Origin: the human T2T-CHM13v2.0 reference genome, Homo sapiens
NCBI RefSeq assembly: GCF_009914755.1
Contig: NC_060927.1
Length of the DNA: 64,000 nucleotides
Direction: 5' to 3' (one strand)
Every line of letters begins with the position of its first letter. Within the stretch, counting starts at the first letter, position 1. Below the pieces are notes generated by a model. The model was not told the DNA's origin, did no database searches, and worked only from the letters and a program-made list of their open reading frames with translations. This document shows, piece by piece, positions 27,311 through 40,886 of the stretch. The position numbers and the translations under genes were made by a program.

Positions 27311-27593
27311 TTCTTTTTTTTTTTTTTTTTGACATGGGGTCTCGCTCTGTTGCCCAGGCTGGAGTGCAGTGATGCAACCTCCACATCCCGAGTTCAAGCA
27401 ATTCTCCTGCCTCAGCCTCCTGAGTATCTGGGATTACGGGCACACGCCATCATGCCCAACTAATTTTTGTATTTTTAGTAGAGACGGGGTTTCGCCATGT
27501 TGGCCAGGCTGGTCTCAAACTCCTGACCTCGTGATCCACCCACCTTGGCTTCCCAAAGTGCTGGGTTACAGGCATGAGCCACTGTGCCCGGCT
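27311..27593 (-). mobile_element. AluS (Sg-like) with ~16-bp internal deletion
   Basis: Alu dimer; the atctcggctcactgca segment is missing between tgca microhomologies near 27375. Confidence 0.9.
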
Positions 27594-29476
27594 TCCTTTT
27601 AATTCCTATTGCTTTCCTTAATAATGGCACAGATTATAAATAAGTAACCCACAGGGCTGGAGAGGATGAGTTAAACCGGAATCTCTCTATACTTTTTTGG
27701 TACCACCGTTTTGGAAGAAGCATTTGGCAGTATGTATGAGAAGCCACCAAATTGTGTAAGGAAGTCTGAGGAAACTCTGCTCTCAATTCTTTCATTCATC
27801 CTCCCTCATTATCTCCCTTGTAGTAATCATTCCTCATTCTGAATTCCTAGAACAATGTTTGTGTATTTTACTCATCACAACATCATTATCCTATAATATA
27901 TTACATGTACTTGTTTTTCACTCTTATCACCCTCATCCCCGGGCTTTATACTTTCAGAAGATAGTGACCATATTTAACACACACTTCTTCTAACCTCTTA
28001 GCATACCTATTTTATATACATATATATAAGTTTTCATATATATATATATATATGAAAACTTAGTAAATTAGCAATTGTCTGGGAATCTCCCTGGGTCTGT
28101 AGGTGTGTTTACTTAAGCATCATTGCAGATGGTTTTAATTTACAAAATGTTATAGCTGATCACAGAAAGACTTCGGACTTTCCTGAGACCACCCTAATCA
28201 GATTCACTTAACTCCAACTGTAATTTATGCATCCAACTATAACACAATATATTATAAAAAATATGAACATATAACGGAAGCGAATTCAGTGAATGTGTCT
28301 ATGACTCTCATGAAACATCTTCACTGTGTCCTTACAGAGGCAGTTATTTCTGTTAGGCAGTTTGCAGATTCTTGATCATCTACACCCCGTGCACACCCTT
28401 CTGAGTACCATCAGTACAGGTACAAGACAGGACTAGCTTCACGAAAGTACATACAAAAATAGCACTTTCAACAGCAATAGCACCCTAACAGTAATCTTTT
28501 GCAAACCTCAGAGTGCTGAACTAAAGTCCCTTTTCTGCATTTTAATGACTTGTTTGAAAGTAACAGCTGCCTAAGACATTAAAACAAAACAAAACAAAAA
28601 TGCTGAGTTCTGCTTGGTGTTTCACTTACTCAAATCTCTAAGAATGTTTACTGTGGTTAAAGTTACCTTCAGGAAGGGTCAGCATTTGCAAAGGCCTTAC
28701 TATTCCTACGGAATGTATCTTTTGGCAAAATATCCCCAAATCTATGAGAAATCATTTATGCAAGCTATGAATTTAGTTAACAAGTAATCAACAAGCAATT
28801 CTAACTTTAATCTAAATCTTCCAAAGTTAGGATTCAAATCAGTCACCTGCTGGCTGCCTGGACACATTCCACATCTCGGTCCCTTAATCTCAGTTTGAGC
28901 TTTGGGTCTGCTTTTCAGATAGAACCTGGGCTAGTTTGTTTTTTTCAAGTTTTTGCAAATCACAAATTCTACAATCATATGATACGTATATGACCTATCA
29001 TAGATACTGGGAATTTAGGTTTGCAGAGCTGCACGATGGTGGCTATTGGGCCAAATCTATCTTGAACACTTCTTAAATTTGGATCAAAGAATTTCAGGAG
29101 GGGAGAAAACACTTCCTTTAAATTGAATGGCTTCATTTAAAAAAAAATCCAGAGATTTAGGCCTAAAGTCAAATTTCACCTTCTTACAAACAAAAAATCA
29201 AAGGTCTAGCAATCTTCAATTCAGCAGTTCCATATTGACAGAGCACAATTTCCATATTCATAGACTACAGCCCTACAGGGAGTAAGACATCCATGGATGT
29301 CAGCAAGAAATTCACATATAATTACTTGCAAAATAAGTTGGTTTATCAAATAACATATCTTGGATTGATTTATGTCATTCTTCCTCCTGGAATATTTTTG
29401 CCCTTTATCCTTCAAGGCATAAAGTCTTGAAGGTACATCTAAGTATAATACCACTTTATCAGAAATTCAATTCAAC

Positions 29477-29675
29477 ACATCTCTACAAGAAGTAAGATAA
29501 ATAAATAAATAAATTAGCCTGGCGTGGTGGTGTGCCTGTAGTCCCAGCTACTTGGGAGGGCTGAAGCCAGGGGATTGCTGGGCCCAGGTGTTCAAGGTTA
29601 TAGTGAACTATGATCTTACCACTACACTTCAGCTTGGGTGATGAAGTGAGACCCCTGTCTCTAAAAACAAACAAA
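29477..29675 (+). mobile_element. 5'-truncated AluJ (linker + right arm)
   Basis: catctctacaa...aattagcctggcgtggtggtgtgcctgtagtcccagc...gagacccctgtctctaaaaa. Confidence 0.85.
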
Positions 29676-29895
29676 GGAACATTTCATAACGTGAAAATTA
29701 TATAAAATTTGAATTTTAATGTCCATAAATAAAATGTTATTGGAACACAGCCACACTGACTTGTTTATATATTGTCTATAGCTGTTTTACACATTACAAG
29801 GGCAGAGTTGAGTAGTTATGACAGAGACTACATGGCCCACAAAGCTGAGAATATTTACTATCTAGCGCATGTTATGAAAAATTCTGCTGACCCCA
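29676..29895. mobile_element. MER58B-like hAT-Charlie
   Basis: ttattggaacacagccac...gcagagttgagtagtt...ggcccacaaagctgagaatatttactatct...tgctgacccc. Confidence 0.8.
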
Positions 29896-32800
29896 GCTTT
29901 AGGAAAGATCATGTCTACTAGGAGGAACAGTGACTCTGGACCACAATAAACATGATTTTTTTTCCCATTAATATTCCATTTAGCTTTAGGCAAGTCATTT
30001 AAGCTCTCTGAGCCACTGAATTCTCTACTGTTATATGGGAATGATATCTATAATATAGGATTTTTGATGCAAAGATAAGCAGTATTTTTTCATTGCAGCA
30101 GTGGCAATGCAATAAATGTTATTTGATATTATTATTGCATATTGTTTACTTAGCATTGCATCAAACTTTTAATTACCTCTGACTGAGGAATCATAATTTA
30201 TGGGAAGCAGTCTACTATGGGATTTTATTCACTATAGCCTCCTATATACATGGCCTGAAAAATAGGATGGAATTGTCGTTATCTTCATGGTAGTTGTGAA
30301 TACTGGTACCTGTGTTCAGTTATCTGGTTTGAGCAAATAAATGCAAGTATTAAGTCTGAGACAAAAGGTTCCTATTAATCTGTGGAAGGTAGTAACTTCA
30401 AAAAGAGGGGGAAAAGGGGGAATCAGTATAATGCCCACTGGATCAGTTCTCATTGAGAGACAATTCTCCAGCAAGTATTTACTTTCTACCCCTTCTTCAA
30501 ATAATTACTCACCAAAGCAATATCAATGGGAAACTCAACAAAATAAGCAGCAAAGAGCTTTCAAAAACCCCATGAGGCAGAAAAAAAACATTAGATTCTT
30601 TTATACTGTTATTTATTTTCTCCTATAATAGAAATAATGGCCATAGCACTGAGTATTCTCATTTGTTTGGCTGCATAATCAAGCAAAAAAAAAAAAAAAA
30701 AAAAAAAAGAAAGAAAGAAACATGTCATTTGTGGCCTTGTATATATTGCAGTAAAATTATTCCTTAATGAAAAAATAGATGTTCACTCAGAAACCCACAC
30801 AGTACACTGTTCAACAGTCAATGCTTCATAATTATCTACATAATTATGCTCCACTTAATACCACTTCTCTCGTTTTGTACATATGTCTGAGCTTAAATAT
30901 CGCTTGCAAAGTGTGCAGACATTTGCTCACACACACTCATGGGATAAGAATGAAAAGTTCTATTTTGCCATAGAGTGAAGAAGTCATGCAAGGTATTTTA
31001 ATATCCACTAAAAATTTAATAATGAAAAACTTATTTGGAGACAAAATCTAGGAGCTCTGCTTCAAAAGCTTAAGGCTAACGTAAAAACACACAAATGTTG
31101 CCATCTCCCTTTACTTACTGGGTGACATACTCAGACTGCCCTTTAAATCAAAAAATTTTTCAGAACAAGACAGAATGAATGATGTTGCCATGAACAAAGT
31201 AAAAAAGGAAAAGACTATTCCCAGGATTCACGTGCTTTTGGACTAAAACTTTAATCGTACCAGTGCTTCCATGTCCACAAGTGACACCAATCAATGTCAC
31301 AATGGCAGCAACTGATCCCAGAGTTGCCTGATGCCTTAAGTTCAGCCAATAGCAGCTTTCACCACAACCTCCCTGTTTATAAGATTGGAGGAGCAAATAA
31401 TGTACACATGGTTAGAATAAACAATGAGTAACTAACCAGAGCCATTTATAAAATGGCAGCCTACATATTCCACTCTCTCAGGTCAGCAGACACTAGAAAG
31501 CTGTCCAGATAAAGAAACCAAACAGTCACAAAGTTCAGGGAATATGGTTTCATGTGTTAACACACCATTTCACACCCCCATAACTAGCCCTCAAGAGCTT
31601 CCACAAATAAGGGCTGGATCTTCAATGGCTGTCCGAGCAGTCCAAAAAAAAAAAAAGAGCAGCTTCCTAAAAAGATATAGTTTCACAAGGGCACTCACCA
31701 CTAGCTGAGGCCCAGGTCAGCCTGTGCAAAAAGTTTGTTTTGAACTGTCCTTGTAGTTAAGAGGAATAAATTGCCTCCTATTAAGGTGACAGGTAGGAAT
31801 ATTACTTTTGTCACCCCTAGTCCTATAAATAAAGTAAGCCCAGATGGTATAAAGAGAAAGTAATAAGTCAAATGCCAAGACTTGCTTACTTCCTTAGTTG
31901 CCAAGCAGAAGTTGGAAACACATTGGGAAGTCTAATGGCCAGCTAGGGGTACAGAATTTTTTTGACTTTTTTTTTTTTGGTCAACATCAGGTTTATTATT
32001 TTCCTTCTTTTCAAGTGATAAATATCAACAATGTAGTATAACCAAAAATCAGTGTTTAATATTTAATAAAGTGTTATTTTTTCAAAACTAATAGAACATT
32101 GAGGAAAGATGTCATATTCACCAATATTTCAGCCTTAACCGTCTAACATGAAATCACATGTGCATAGTGGGATCACAATGATACAAAATTGGACAACTGA
32201 ATTTGTAATGCAATGGTAGTGATAATATGCTCCAATAATTGTCAACAATTTGACAGACCAAGGAATCAATAAAAAGGATGTTGAATAATCTTCATTTATG
32301 TATTTATCTACTGATAGAGAAATAAATTCTAACAATTTCTCCATTTCTAGAAGTCATTTGCCATTTCACTGTACATTCTTCAAAGAAATTAATATGATGT
32401 TTTTGTAGCCATTATTAGTTGGTCTTAGGGCAAATGAAAAAACTGGCAACCATTACACAATCAGCCACCTTAGGAAAATATCTGGGCTATACTTTTCCCT
32501 ACCACAGTTGGCAAATAACTTCTAAAAGTTGTTCATTAACGTGACACTGCTTTAAAATGATAAGAATAATACCATAAAAGATAAAATGACTCTATCTTCT
32601 CCCATAGTTTCATCCAATTACACAACCAGATGCTTATATATGTAGGGATGCATGTGTAACTTGATTTTTCTCTACTGCATATAGTTCTTGCAAAATAATT
32701 TTAAATGCAAAATATCTCTATTTAAAATAGTATCCAGTGTTAGATTTGTAACCACAGAGTTCTTTCACTATGCATTGTCTCAAACTTAGTATTGGTTGAT

Positions 32801-34238
32801 ATTCAAAGGAAGCAAAATGCAGAGAAGTGAAAATAAATTGTTTTACATACCTATCTGTGGGAAAAGAGAAAACACACAGCAACTTAGGCCTAACAAAACA
32901 AGAGCAGTGAGCTCTGCCAGTTCTCAAATTAAAATATGCAACCATTTTTCGAGTTAGAATTGTGCCTCAAAAGTAATACAGAATGTAGAAATGGTCCTTA
33001 GAAATGAATATTTTCTTATGTTCAAGCTTTGAATTTCTGGATGTGGGGAGGGAGTTGGGTATGTGGGAAGTTTGAAAAGAATAAACACTGGAAAAGTCCT
33101 CTAGTTAATAGAGGAAGGGACCCTCAAGGGATACCCCACAGGATTTTTCACTCCATAGAGTCTGAATGTTATATCAAGCAAAAAGAAAATTTTTAAAACT
33201 CAGAGGAAACAGAACATAGAAAGTATGTGGGAGATAGACACTGCACAGTTGAAATGAGAATTACAGAAAAACATATGTAAAATACCTCACACAGGGCCCA
33301 CCTCTGAAGATGGTCAAGTGATAGTGGTCATTACTTGTATGCAAGCTTCAAGACAATGACTGGCAACTGATAATCATGAGGAAATGGCCTCTTTCCACAC
33401 TGGTGAGCATTTTCATACCATCAAACTCATATCATTATTGGCAAGATGGCATACACATACTATAAAGGAAATACACATCCTGTTTAAGGACCCAGTCTCC
33501 CAAATACTCAGTAGTGGGTGAAATAAATCAGCAAGAATTATTTGACGCAAGAAACCATTAGTATGTGTTCACTATTCATTCCGAAAGAGCAGTGTACAGT
33601 CTTCAAGAGGGAAAAACAAGGTAGGTCAACATAGCAGCCAGGGCTTGAACATATCAAATATCTACACTGTGAATGAAATTCTGATTCACTAAGCCAGTTG
33701 GCATGTCAAGGAAATTCCTAGCCAGTTGATCTCAATGAACCCTCAAGTTTTGTTTGACTTAGAAGCAGCTCTATCTGAAAGAAATCATTTTCCTTTCAGC
33801 AACCCAACCTTCCTGGGAAGTTCAGCGTTTGACCATTCACTTAAGGCTTTTCACCTTGAGAACACTTATTAGTTGAAAATCTTCAGAGATATTTTCAAAA
33901 GACAACTCTCCTCAACTCCTCTCAGTGCACACCCAGGTCTTTGTGCACACACACATCTGTCTCCCAATCGCTGATAAGTATCAACAGTCTCTCTTACCCA
34001 CCACCAAGGAGGAACCACTTGGTTCTTTTCTGTAGAAGAATGTACAACACACCATACAGATGAAAGGCTTAGTGCAGCTGAAAACCCCCTAGATGAAAAT
34101 TCAGGCAGTCTAGAAAAAGCTCTACTGAGTCAATAACAAGCTATGTGACTTTGAACAAGTACCTGAAATGCTCTAGATCTCACTGTGCCATCTACAACAT
34201 GGGAAGGCCTGGAATGCACACAGATATGCATGTAAATA

Positions 34239-35491
34239 CAGTTGACTTCTGAACTACACAGCTTTGAATTGCACAAGTCCACATTTGCATGGATTTTCTT
34301 TTGCCTCTGCCACCACTGAGACAGCAAGAGCAACCCCCCTTCTTCTTCTTCCTCCCCAGTCTACTCAATGTGAAGACAATGAGGATGAAGACCTTTAGGA
34401 TGATCCACTTCCACTTAATGAATAGTAACTACATTTTCTCTTCCTTATAATTTTCTTAATAACATTGTCTTTTTTCTAGCTTACTTTACTGTAAGAATAC
34501 AGAATATAATACATATAACATACCAAATATGTGTTAATTGACTATTTTATTGGTAAGACTTCTGGTCAACAGTAGGCTCTAAGTATAACAGTTAAGTTTT
34601 GGGGGAGTTAAAAGTTATACATAGATTTTCATACTTGGGGGGATGGTCAACACACCTATTGAGATGGGGCAGAGATCCTTCTTAGGGGCCTGCCAGGCCT
34701 TCCCAAGCATAGAAGTAAAGAAAAATCTTGAGTTCCTTCAACGGAAATTCCAGGCGCTGAGCTAGCCCTGATAAGTAAATGAGCAACTTGGTAAGTAAGA
34801 ACATAGTAATAGCTTAAAACAATATCCAAGGAAGTTGGAGTCACAAGATGTCTGGCTCCTCTAGAAACTAAAGACAACATGTTAATATATGTCCCTGAGC
34901 TGTTTTTCAGTAAAAGGGACCTTTACCAAATGGAACCTCTGGCCTATAGACCTCAGATAAGGGGGAAATGAGGACTGAACCCTGGCCACAGTTCCTGGTT
35001 CTAAATTTCTTCCTGAGGGCCCCAGAGGAAGTCATGCCCACAGGCCAGACCTTAACAGTCCTTTCTCCTGACTCCAAGTTTTTAGACAAAGCTTCACTTT
35101 CTTAACCAAACTCAAATCAGAGAGCCAGAATCCATCTAGGAGAGGGACCTGTAACCTCCCTCTCCTCTTGCTTCAAGATACCCACCTTTTTAGGCCAAAC
35201 CAATGTATAACCTGCATGTGCTGACTTACGATCTGGCCTTTAACTTCTGCTTTTCTGAAACTTATCACTACCTTTAAAAACTCTTGCTTATAAGCCACTG
35301 AGGAGATCAGGTCTTAAGTGTGAGCTGACCAATTCTCCTTGCTTGGCTGCCTGCAAATAAACACTCTCCTTTCTCCCACTGCAAAGCCTTGGTGTGGATG
35401 TTTGGCTTTACTGCACCAGGAAAGCAAACGGTTCATTTACTGAACTGTCCGTTCAGTAACACTAACACCCATATTGTGCTAGGGTCAACTG
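34239..35491. mobile_element. Tigger2a/MER28-like TcMar element, split by an LTR
   Basis: TA|cagttgac... and ...gtcaactg|TA terminal inverted repeats with TA target duplication; body at 34239-34659 and 35462-35491. Confidence 0.85.
34660..35461 (+). mobile_element. ERV1 solo LTR (MER39/LTR29-like)
   Basis: TG...CA ends; cttaggggcctgcc...aaaatcttgagttccttcaa motif; AATAAA near 35357; 4-bp TSD ctat/ctaa. Confidence 0.8.
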
Positions 35492-38400
35492 TATACATGT
35501 GTACATGTCAGTAAGTATAATTCAGTTTTATCAAAGTATTACGGACCTCAATGTATTTTCTTCCCCCCTTAAAGCCCTACATTCCAGTAATTCAAGGCTT
35601 CCTACTCACAAGCCTCAGTGGCTTTTCCTCAGACATCCTCTTCTTCCACCTCTCCCTTTTCCTGAACTGCTTCCTCAATTTCCATGACATCCTGCTGCAC
35701 TAGAGATCCTTCCACATCTCTGTTCAATCTTTTGTAAGCTCTCCCACTTCACCCTAGGTTCCAGCCTGCCCCTTTCATTTAATTCTCCATACTTCATCCT
35801 TAAACCTTCTCCTCTGTTGCTGTCACCAGGCAAACACCTCCCTATCCTGATCTCCTGCAATGATACCCACCCCTTGTGAATATACCAGCTTCCATTCTTT
35901 TGCTTTCAACAGACTTCCTACTCAGGGGTATTTAAAAACACTTTTATGTGATGAGTACTTTAAGACAGCTTAACACTTAGGCAACAGTCAATTAAATTCA
36001 TTTGAGTGAGCACTTTATTTGCAGGAGTCAGTTAACTAACCAACAGATACTTTTGAGACTGCTATTTTAAGAACAAAATAAAATTGTGGGTTGTATTTAA
36101 CCTTAAATGTTTGTTGAACTCTAATAGCACTTGCAATATATTTTTTAAGTTCCCCACATGCCTTCTTAGTCACCATGCAGCTTACAAAATATCCAATATG
36201 CGGAGTAATCAATGATCAAGGTTATAAGAACAAAATACACCAACAGTGTCTGCATCTTTTACTGATTCTCACATGCGTACTCTGATAAACTGTCAAGATT
36301 TAAATGGTATAAATGAAAAGCAATTCAAGATTTAGTCTGCTGCAATAGAGGGGATGATTTGAAATAAGTTTTTCTGTAAAAACATGGAGGATGTCAAGAT
36401 TTATATGCAGGGATCAGTGACATCTCCATTCCACCAGTATCAATGCTATCAAATCATATTACACTGTGTACAAATACTACAGAAGAAATGACAGCCACTT
36501 GAGTTTATGGCAATTGCTTACTCGAAGTGCCACATCCAACACCACAAACTCACAAAGTTCCAAATCTGCTTTGAGATTAACTGCAGTCCAGAGGCATTCT
36601 TGATCATTTTCTCAGTGATTTTAAGAGTGGTGTTATTAAACCCACCAAATGGAAAATACTCCTCAATCATTTCAGGAAGAACTTGAAAAGTTTATTTTGC
36701 TTTCAAAGCATTCCTTAATCACTATTAAGGGAAGACTAGTACAGAAATTCATTCACATTTGCATGACATAGAATGGAAGAATGCTATGATTGAAAGCATT
36801 TGAAGATGTGTGTCAGCAGTCTTAGGCTGTATTTGCATACACTGCAACTATCACTGTGAAAACAAGCAGCCCAAATATGTGAATTTTGTGGGCATATGTT
36901 GTCCATGACTAAATCTACAATACTAAAGTAAGCCATTGTTCCTGTTTGGTGACCATGTCTTTTATCCTTCATTATAGTATTGATAATTTTTAAAAAATAA
37001 TTTCATGAAGGTAATCTAAATTCTCTCATATAGTATGATCTGTAGTCTCAATTATAATAGGCTTAAGTGTATATTTATATGGACATAGGCCTCCACTGCC
37101 TTTCTAATTCCCTAAAGAGGAAAATATAAAGTTCAGGGGTCCATACATTACATATATTTGCATGTATAATTACACAGACATGGAAACATATCTACATATA
37201 TGTGCAAATATATATAATTACATATAATTTGTCACATGTAAATTAATCCAATTCTCCCTTACAAATCCTTATAACGTTTTACCACCATATCTAGAGAATA
37301 AGTTGACCTTTAAATTCTTTATGATGTCTTCACATCTTACTAAAGTGGACACTGCTTTTTCTATATATTTGTTCGTAAATATGTAAAACATTTCTCAAAA
37401 ATGCTGAAACACAATACAAATTTCACATAATGTAAAATTACAACTAAAAATGTGAAACCTTTTAAAAGCTGATCTCATTTTCTTTTGCTGCCTTTCTACT
37501 TTCTAAACATGTCTTCCTCTTTCTGAGTATGTCTTTCTGTGAATGTCTCCTCAACTATTTGGAAAATTTCAACATTGCTTTTACAAAATTTCATATCATA
37601 AACAGTAATACTGCTGCAGTACATTTTGTGTCACTTTTGCTCCTTTTCCTAAAACAGAGATTATATTTGAAACTTTATAAATGAAGAAAAGACTCCAAGA
37701 ATAAAATATTTTACCATATTGAACTTTTTCCAAAGCCCATTTGAAAGTAAGAAATTTTTAAACAACTATTCTTTTTGTCCTCAGTACTTGATGAGTAGCA
37801 GTCAATGAAAATGTTTTAGGAACAAAATTGAGGCATCACAGTAAAAATCTGTAAAAACTACAAAAAACCTCTTTCTTTTAAAAGTTAAAGATTTTAATCT
37901 GTAACTATTATTGATTATGGATTTTTGCTATATATTATCATGTAAATATTTGAAGCATGTTTGAACTTTGACATAAGAGCCTAAAAGTCTATTCCAATCT
38001 ATTCATGTCTTTAAATAACATGTGTTTTACCTGACTACTCCATTTGGCCTCATTCCGCACTCATTTTCTTCTTTTAGAAAAGTCTCAAGCTACTTTTTTC
38101 TTAGGTTCCTCAGGTATCATGAAGAAATTATGTTTATGTAGAAAAGTGGTCTTCTAAGGAGATGAGTATTAAATTTTAGGAGTAATGCTTTTTATGACTT
38201 ACTTTCAAATGGGTTAGCCAAAATAAGTAGACAGATAAAAAAAAAAGGAAAAAGCACACATTCACACACATATATACAGAAGAAATACAGTAAAATGGTA
38301 CAATAGCTACATCTCAATAATACCTACAGATGTATTCATTCATTGTATTATTGTTTCAGCTTTTTTGGTGCTTGAGAATATCATAAAAAGAGGGAAAACA

Positions 38401-39057
38401 AAATAAAATAAACAAAAAGTTAGTTATATATACACTATTTTAAAAAAACTCTTCACTTACTTATTTCTCCAGAAAATAAAATAAAATTAACAAAAGAAAA
38501 TACAACAAATGATTTGTAATAGTTGCTTTTGTATGTGTCAAAGACGATAATTTTTTTTCATTTTTTCTTTCTACTTTATTCTAAATTTCAAATTTTCCAA
38601 AATTAAAAAATAAAATTGTATCTATATTCAGTTTTGGTCCTTTAGATAAGTTATTTGCTAAAAGTAAAACATATGAAAATACCAGCACTTTTTAAATTTA
38701 TATGCTCCTTTGTATGTGAGATCTCACCTCTTTAAGTTCCTTTGGAAAAAAAATGTCACAAATTAACATGCTCAAATTTGATGTTATATTCATAATACCA
38801 AAGCATAATATTACAGTAGATCTGTAATATCAGATGTCATTATATTTGCTATGGAAATAAAAATGGCTTACAAAAATAAGGGAAGGAATAAGAACCCAAT
38901 TATCAGATTAGAGAATTTAAATTTTCCTTTTGGGAGGAAAAACATTTGTTTTTCTTTGCTACTGGTGGAGTTTTATTTCAACATCTAAAAATTATGTAAG
39001 CATATGACTCGAGTATACTTCTAACCTCAACTTAGAAAATATAGGATTTTTTTTTAC

Positions 39058-39112
39058 CTCCTAAGCAGCCAATGAATGAAAGCAGGATCAACTGTTTCCA
39101 TGGAAACATCAT
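39058..39112 (-). CDS. CNTN3: CNTN3 exon 2 coding part: start codon and signal peptide MMFPWKQLILLSFIGCLG(G)
   Basis: Minus strand reads aag ATG ATG TTT CCA TGG AAA CAG TTG ATC CTG CTT TCA TTC ATT GGC TGC TTA GGA G|gtaaaa. Hydrophobic signal peptide; 55 nt, phase-1 donor. The ORF track shows only a different frame here. Confidence 0.96.
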
Positions 39113-39192
39113 CTTTAATTGCCAAATGCAAGAGTAACTCTTGTCCAGTCTCTGATGAATAGAATGCTTTCTCTTCAGGTAAATCCTTTAAT
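39113..39192 (-). other. CNTN3: CNTN3 exon 2, 5'UTR part (80 nt)
   Basis: Acceptor ttttacag|ATTAAAGG at 39193/39192, with a T16 tract and TTTTAAC branch-like motif about 29 nt upstream. An in-frame TAA at exon nt 3-5 closes the main frame upstream of the ATG. Confidence 0.88.
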
Positions 39193-40451
39193 CTGTAAAA
39201 TATATGTACAAAGAAGTTCGTTAAAAAAAAAAAAAAAAGCTGCTTTAAAAAAGAGATTTTCTTCTTTTCGTAAAAACTGTTTATCATTTGGAGACACTGA
39301 AAACCCTCAGATAAAACAAATCTGTTTTGATACAAAATAGAGGACGCTTGAAATGTAGATACTTAAAAAACATGTAACTCATAGGTAGATGGAAACGATC
39401 TTATAGAATTTGAAATGTTTACCAATATTAAAATATTAAATTTTAATATATTAATTATTAAAAATTTTGCTAGATAATTTCAAGAAAGAAAACATTAACC
39501 TAAAATTCTAACTTTTTCCATTTTCTCTAACGATAGCATTCTGGCAAAACTAACAGAGTCAAATAAGCAGATATCTTGAAGCACTAATTTTTGCAGTTTC
39601 TGAATTCCTAATAAAGCATGCAAATTATAGATAGCATTATCAATGTCCATCTTAGACCTATTTTTTTAGAAAACTGCAGAAAGCTCCCAATTATGTATGC
39701 TGTGTAAAACAGATTTTAAAATGCTAATGGTAGAAATGTTCAGTCTGAGAACCTTGCAAATGAAACCATTTTCTTTTTTGCTTTAATTTTCATAAACTTG
39801 AATATGTTGGTTGAGAGGAAATAAGTATGTGAAAGTCTTGTGTCATTTTGAGTGGCCACTTAAAACTAGTTAAGCTTCATGGTTAATGATCAAGTATGTG
39901 CGATACACAGACCTAAATCTCTGGACTCCTACAATTCAGTTGGTACCACACGGGGAATTAATGATTTTAAAGTTTGCTACTTTAGTAAGGAACGGGTACA
40001 ACTCTCTGATTCAGCAGCTGCTACTGATTGAGCTGTTTTAGTTGTCACTGACCCAAAGAGAGAACTTGGCCTCCTGTAGACAGTGGTTCCCAACAATGGG
40101 TTCCTGACATGTGGCGTATGCAATCAGATATTATGTACGTCCCAAATAATAAGAACTCAAATAATAAAAATATGACAACTTGAAAAATATGTACTTAAAA
40201 TAATATGTTAAGTCATCATTCCTATAATAATATTCTTAGGTGCCTGCAATCCAATATATATTCTTGGGTAGGTTGTAAGAGATGGAATTGCGGCTAGAAT
40301 GCCTAGGCATCACTCCCTCTAGGTCCACTGGAATCTGAAACAAATGAAAATACAATTGAGAACTGCTGTTCTAAGAATTGCAGGTTAACAACTTACAGTA
40401 GTAACATTGACCTTTAACCTTCACTCAATATCCCCACTGCTGCAAACTGCA

Positions 40452-40886
40452 TGTCTCAGTTTGGGTTCCACAACACAAATAAGACAAAATGAATTCAAGT
40501 GCAAGTAATTTACTTGGGAAGTGAAGGACAAAAACAGACAGGATGGAGAAGTAAGATAGGAAAAGGAAGGCAGCCTAGAAAGGGTGAAATATAAAGCCTT
40601 CTAACACCATGGGTGACTGGAAGTCCAGTTCCTATAGAACCAATGCCTAAGAGTCATCCAAGAGTCATCCCTGAGTTATTCTTGCAAAGGGGCAAGGCAG
40701 CACCAGTTCCCATAATAGTAGTAATTGCCCAGTACTTGTAACCTCCTACTAGGGCAGTAAATAACTCCAGAGGTGGAAAAAGGAAAAAAAAAAGGAAAGA
40801 AATATATATGCTAGCTATTAAAAGTGGTGTGTGCACTGGAGTGATGAAGGCAAGAGGATGAGTAGGGCACACGCAGTGTCTGCTAC
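40452..40886 (-). mobile_element. LTR16-like ERVL LTR
   Basis: tgtctcagtttgggttcc...aagtgcaagtaatttacttgggaagtga...tgtctgctaca. Confidence 0.55.

Noticed and set aside
30685-30720. Poly(A)/(GAAA) tract as a processed pseudogene tail
   Set aside because: No upstream mRNA-like or SINE body and no TSD identified.
39054-39335. 93-aa ORF as a standalone gene
   Set aside because: The N-terminal half runs through the intronic T16 tract and acceptor; only the exon 2 part is meaningful and is treated as a finding.
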